Below are positions 58,230-64,000 of a DNA stretch of 64,000 nucleotides, one piece after another; position 1 is the stretch's first letter; each line of letters begins with the position of its first letter. Made by a program: the position numbers and the translations under genes. The notes under the pieces are model-generated. The model ran no database searches, had not been told where the DNA came from, and worked only from the letters and a program-made list of their open reading frames with translations. Source of the stretch: the human T2T-CHM13v2.0 reference genome, Homo sapiens; the NCBI RefSeq assembly GCF_009914755.1, contig NC_060947.1; one strand, written 5' to 3'.

Positions 58230-58702
58230 TATTTACCCACTTCTTCTTCACTCCCAGTTTCAGGGCTTTGAGTGGAGCTGACCCTACTTCAGAGACCCTG
58301 GGAATGTACATAACCCAGGGCTAATTCAACCAAAGCACCAGATCCCATTTAATCAATAACAAGCTCTGTCCATAGGAGTGATCCAAGTTGATCCAAGAGT
58401 GAATCCCAAAATTTTGCCAAGATGCTTAAGGAAGAAAATCTTTTCCACCAGGTTTACTTTTCCTAAGCTCCTGGTGAACAACTTGTCCCCATCTCCAAGG
58501 GAAAAACCTGGCTATGCTTGAAGCTGATACAAGAAAAAGTAAATACCAATTTGAAGACTCTGGCATATTTTATTAGACGGACAGCATCATTCCTAGAATT
58601 TCTCATATACAAGTCAATACTCTCTCTCTCTCTTTTTTTTTCACTTTCTGTTCACTAGTTTGAGTTCAGTTTTTCATGCCTGCATGAAAAACAGCCTTGA
58701 CT
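58230..58702 (+). mobile_element. Old MLT1J/K-like LTR, degraded
   Basis: GGAGCTGACCCTAC...GTGATCCAAGTTGATCCAA...CTAGTTTGAGTTCAGTTTTTCATGCCTGCA...CCTTGACT. Confidence 0.6.
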
Positions 58703-59439
58703 TGTGCTAAATGTTATGTTATTATGAATATTATGTTATACTCATTGCTCCATAGCAAGGCTGTGCTTAAGATGACACATGATCAATATCAGTCACCTGA
58801 AGCAATAAGACACTGTAGCACTTTACCTGCTCCATATCGTTTATTCTGTAATTGATGAAATATTTCAAACCAGTAGAAATAATTTTAAATACATGCTGCT
58901 GTTGGCACATTTAATAATTCACGCTACCACTAAAGTAAAAGAGGATCTTTCCCTCTGAGATGCCACATCCGCTCAGAAGGTTCCCCATGGTGAGGACAGC
59001 AATAATACATGAAGGCATTTAATCTATAAAGGTATTTATTTCAAGATCGCTTAATTCACATTTTGATGGCAAGTGGAATCTTGGCACATGTATTAATACT
59101 AGTGCCAGACCTTTGGTGAGGTCCAGTTTGTCAACTGATAAGACAATGATGAAATTCAGATATAATAGGGATTCTGTGAGTAGGAACAGGTGTGGGCTTG
59201 TTCAAAAACCACAAGTATGTGATCAAATTGGAAAAGCTCAAGTAAGCAAATGAAAGGGAATTTAATAACAAGATTGATGAGACCGAAGATGAATTTAAAC
59301 ATCATGTCTTAAAGATTTTTTTTAGATTAAAATATCAAAGAAGAAAACGTGAAAATGTTAACAATTTACTACGGTGACCACTTTTCTAACTAATTGAGAG
59401 CCTGGTTCAGGTGGTAATTGTGATCACTTCAGTTACTTA

Positions 59440-59894
59440 TGTGAACCTCAAATATCTGAGTTGGTAGGTCTCAGTTAATTTAGAAAGTTGACTTTGCCAA
59501 GCTTAAGGATGCACACCATTGACGCAACCTCAGAAAGTCCTGACGACATGTGCCAAAGGTGGTCAGAGCACATTTTGTTTTATATATTTTAGGGAGAAAT
59601 GAGACATCAATCAATATATGTAAGATGTACATTGGTTCTGTCCAGAAAGGCGGGACAACTCAAGCAGAGAGGGGGCTTCCAGGTTACGGGTGGGTGAGAG
59701 ACAAACGGCGTTTGCATTCTTTTGAGTTTCTGATTGGCCTTTCCAAAGGAGGCAGTCAGATATATATTTATCTCAGTGAGCAGAGGGGTGAGTTTGAATA
59801 GAATGGGAAGCAGGTTGGCCCTAAGCAGTTCCTAGCTTGACTTTTCCCTTTAGCTTAGTGATTTCGCGACCCCAAGATTTATTTTCCTTTCACA
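59440..59894 (-). mobile_element. MER4A-like ERV1 solo LTR
   Basis: TGTGAACC...GGTCTCAGTTAATTTAGAAAG...CCTGACGACATGTGCC...GAGACATCAATCAA...GATTTATTTTCCTTTCACA. Confidence 0.92.
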
Positions 59895-60189
59895 TTTATC
59901 AGTAAACATTAATTCCTTTTAAGACGTATTTGTCAGAGTGAGGCAGAGAAAGAGAAGCAATAGTATGTGTACACCTTTCTTTATGCAATAAATGTGACTT
60001 GCTTAATTGGGTACCAATACTAAGATTATGAAAAAGAAGATCAGGTTACAAAAGCTAGAGGAGGAAGATGGGGGAGAAAATAGACTCCTATCACAGAGAA
60101 AATCAATTCCCAGGAAATCAAAATGTGAAATGCAAAACTATAAAGCATCTAGAACTTTATGATGCAATAGGATACCCACTCACCTTGTA

Positions 60190-60362
60190 TGGCAATTCAA
60201 ATGTAAATTAACCAACATTAAACAAAATTAGCAAAAGAAAGTTGCATTCTCATCTTCACTAGCCCCACTGAAGTTCTTATAGCCTTATGTAGTAAACACT
60301 ACTGTATTCATAACGAAGATTAGGACATTTTCATTATTTTAGAACTTTCTGTTGGACAGTGG
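60190..60362. mobile_element. MER3/MER33-like hAT fragment
   Basis: ACTAGCC...AAGTTCTTATAGCC...GGACATTTTCATTATTTTAGAACTTTCTGTTGGACAGTGG resembles the MER3/MER33 terminus. Confidence 0.55.
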
Positions 60363-60384
60363 TCATTTATAAAATAATATAGAA

Positions 60385-60514
60385 TTTTTTAAAATTCAGA
60401 GATAGGGTCTTACTGTATTACCCAGGCTGGGCTTGAACTCTTGGGCTCAAGTGATCCTCTCTTCTCAGCCACCTAAGCAGCTGGGATTACAGGTGTGTAC
60501 CACTACTCCTAGCT
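60385..60514 (-). mobile_element. FLAM (free left Alu monomer)
   Basis: GAGATAGGGTCTTACTGTATTACCCAGGCTGG...TTGGGCTCAAGTGATCCTC...GGGATTACAGGTGTG; monomer only. Confidence 0.88.
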
Positions 60515-61051
60515 TTACAGAATACTTTTAGAAATTCAGGGTAAAGTGAGATATTTAGGCAGGACACAAAAGTGCAAAATATTGGAAAAGCATTGATAAA
60601 TTTGAGGGTATCACATTTCAGACCTTGTCTTTGCCAAATATGATCTTAAAGAGAGGGAAACATAACCATGTAGTGAGATAAAGCTTTTGGTACACATACA
60701 CCGAACAGATGGCTTATGAAGACTGTCTTCAAAGCGAGAAGAAGAAAGACGCACTGCTCGAAAAAATTCGAAATAATCAGGAACTTTATAAAAGGGAACA
60801 CTAGAATGACCATGAACTTATCAAAAGGCAGTCCAGTTCATAGCAAATGGGAGAAAACAATTTATAACATCAATGAGGAACAACATCTACAACCCTAAAG
60901 AGAAATAGTTTGACAGCACCAAGTGCTGTCAAGTATATGGGAAAAGGGAACTTCCATGGACTTCTATGGTGCCTAACTTTGAAAAACAATTTGGCATTTT
61001 CTCATACTCATATCACCCAGAATTTCCATGCCTGAGTATACGTTAAACTGA

Positions 61052-61437
<386 letters not shown>

Positions 61438-64000
61438 TAAAATGTAACACCATAATTGTGTTCAAAGTAAAAACAAGCCAATATTTCCTTGATATTTTAC
61501 TCATAAGTGCATTTATATTCTTAAGCAATGGCCAGAAATCAGAGGCCTGATGTCTGAGCATAAGATTTTAAAAGTAAATACTTCCCCAAAATTATCATTG
61601 CGTCTTAAAATTGCAGTGATTCAAATTGTTAATTCAACATTCAGGAAAAGAGGGAAAAAAAACAAGTACCGCGCAGCTGAATCTCCAAAATGGGGTGTGT
61701 TTGATGTGGGAAAACTAGATGTATGTTAACTGTGTGAAAATACCCATTGAAGAGTTTCTGTTAAAGCAGCTGTTATATTTGAGACACAGGGTTTCTGCAT
61801 CTTAAGTGGACCTCTTCCTTTTATAAAGTAAGTGAAATACAACTACCCATGACACCTTGATTGAAGGGTTTCAGAAGCTAATTAAAGAGGCATCTAAAAG
61901 TATTTCTTAAACTTGCCAAATATGACCCTCTGACATGGGAGTTTTCCTAGGAGAATTATCCACTGACTGCCTCCCAAAATTAAGAAAATGCATTGTCAAT
62001 CCTCCACGGAGGGCCTGCTAATTAAAATGCTGATTTCAGGAGAGATGGAAGCTCTGTATTTTCTACTTAGAGTAGTGTCGGGTGAGCCAGCCACATTTGA
62101 CAGTATTAAATTGTTAAGTAAGAAAAAAAAAATTATCCAGGAACCTATGAAGAGCCAAATAGAGCTACTTCATTAATTGATACTTAATCTTCTTAGTCCT
62201 TTAGTAAATCTGAAACAAGATAAGGGGGGCACAAATCAAATGAAGAGTGGAGATAAATAAAAAGAGAGGTGGGATGGCTAGAGCCTTGGCAGAAGGCAAT
62301 GCAAAATGGTGCTGATACCAACTTTAGTCATGTGTCTTGCTGGATAACTCAGTTTTCTTTTAGAATTGGAAAGAATCTGAAAATTTAGCTCCTACACACG
62401 TGGGATTTTCACAGAATACTCTACAGGAAAAAAAGCAAAATCATCAAATAAATACAACCCAGGTTCCAAGAAATAATGGATTCAATTCAGGAAACAGTGA
62501 AGGTAAGCTTTAGGATGGCAAATTGTCTGAAGAAAAAATCAGTTCAGACTGGAAAAAGAGGATAATTATTATTGAGAAGTAAATACTTGAGAATTTAGAA
62601 GAATTTCCAATAGCACTCAATAATAATTATTCTGTGAAAACCCCATGTGTTTAGGAGCTAAATTTTCAGATTCTTTCCATTTCTCAACACAACCTCTAAT
62701 CTGTGCATCATAACATTGCAGTGATTCAATTTCTAATACATGGTAGATAATTGGTAAACATTGCTACTAACAACATTAATTTGGCACTCAGGGCACCATG
62801 TTGGTTAATGCCCTACTCTAGACTTTTTCAACTCTAATATCGTTGACACACTTCCAAACACTGTAATCACATAGTCATTTTTCAGCACTCTGGGGCTTTT
62901 TGCTTAGACATGATAGATCCAGTGTCTACTCTTTCATATGGTCACAGAGCAAAGTATTTCCATGTTCTATTAGACCTGTCATCCTTTTTCTGCACAGTCT
63001 GCAGGTTATTGTATGCATCTCACCACTTACTAGCATAAAACATTTCTAAAGTAGATCGAGAAGTCAGTAAGCTTCAAGAAAAGTGATTCGTTCTCAACAA
63101 TAGATCACGTATTGGTTTGTACAAACTAATCAATCACTTTCTTGGTTTGTCCAGTAAGTGAATTGACCAAAACAACATGCAGGGATTCTTATAGTCAAAT
63201 GCAACAGTTAATTCTCAATGTTCCTCGTTTAAGTATTAGTTATGGATGCATTGCCAATGTAAGTTGTCTGATTATGTCAGGGGAAAACTACCTATTTAAT
63301 ACATTTGACCAAGTCCTGACAGGTGTCCTTTAAAAGTGGGACCTATTAAGTGCAGTAGGAATTTGGGATTAGTGCAGAGAGCAGACATACTTTTCCTGCT
63401 GCTAGAGATCATTCAAATTCTCTTTGATTTCAGTGCTGATGTTTGGGTTTCATAATCTTGAATGTCCCTGGACAATGGTTCAGGCAATTATTGTGGTGGT
63501 AATACTCTTGTCTTTTGTTCAGCTTTATTCTTAGTATTTAGAAGACTAAACCACCACACCCAGCTCATTTAGGGTTGCACCAAGGAACAGTACATTTTCC
63601 TTTTAATGCAATACCTTCTAATTAATGGGAGGAATGGTGATGGAAGTGGGGCCTGGAGATGTACCCAAGTGACAGATATCTTTAAAAGACTGTGGATTTC
63701 CTCTAAGTCAAGTTCTCATGCACTTTGATCCTCATGTGTATTGAACTTTGAATGAGTCCCCTATACCAGTTGTCTAACCATCATTATAATCATAATAGCA
63801 CACTGAACACTTGTGATATATCACGGACTGTTATATAACCCACCTAATTCTTACAAAAATCATGAGTAGGTAATTATTTTTTCCTTTTATGCAGAATTAT
63901 GTCAACAAAGCAATGCAACAGATGTACCTGAATCAAAATCCTATCTTCTTCCCTCTACAGACCCTTTCTTGCTTTGAAATCAGGAAATGACTTTAAACTT

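Overview
AT-rich primate (very probably human or great-ape) genomic DNA with no supportable protein-coding exon, tRNA, rRNA, CpG island or CRISPR array; it reads as gene-desert or deep-intron sequence. It is a patchwork of Alu SINEs (FLAM, AluJ, AluS, AluY), truncated L1 fragments, many MaLR solo LTRs (MLT1, MST, THE1), three ERV1-type solo LTRs, MER20/MER3-like DNA transposons and many large simple repeats ((GATA)n, (CATC)n, (TTCC)n, (TA)n, (CAT)n). The long ORFs in the track come from simple repeats, Alus or decayed L1 ORF2. I find no new gene system. The best signals are apparent DNA-repair or template-switch scars: (1) an MST LTR with an intact GTCAT target-site duplication split by a 656-bp insert of a much older MLT1 element (14052-15107); (2) a 115-nt near-perfect hairpin (39684-39798); (3) a 104-bp unique segment copied 5.3 kb away into an AT-rich tract (4350-4453 and 9670-9773); (4) a 62-78-bp spacer-less palindrome with mariner-like ends (27263-27340); (5) a twin-primed L1. 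Subfamily calls come from remembered consensus sequences and need RepeatMasker/Dfam confirmation.
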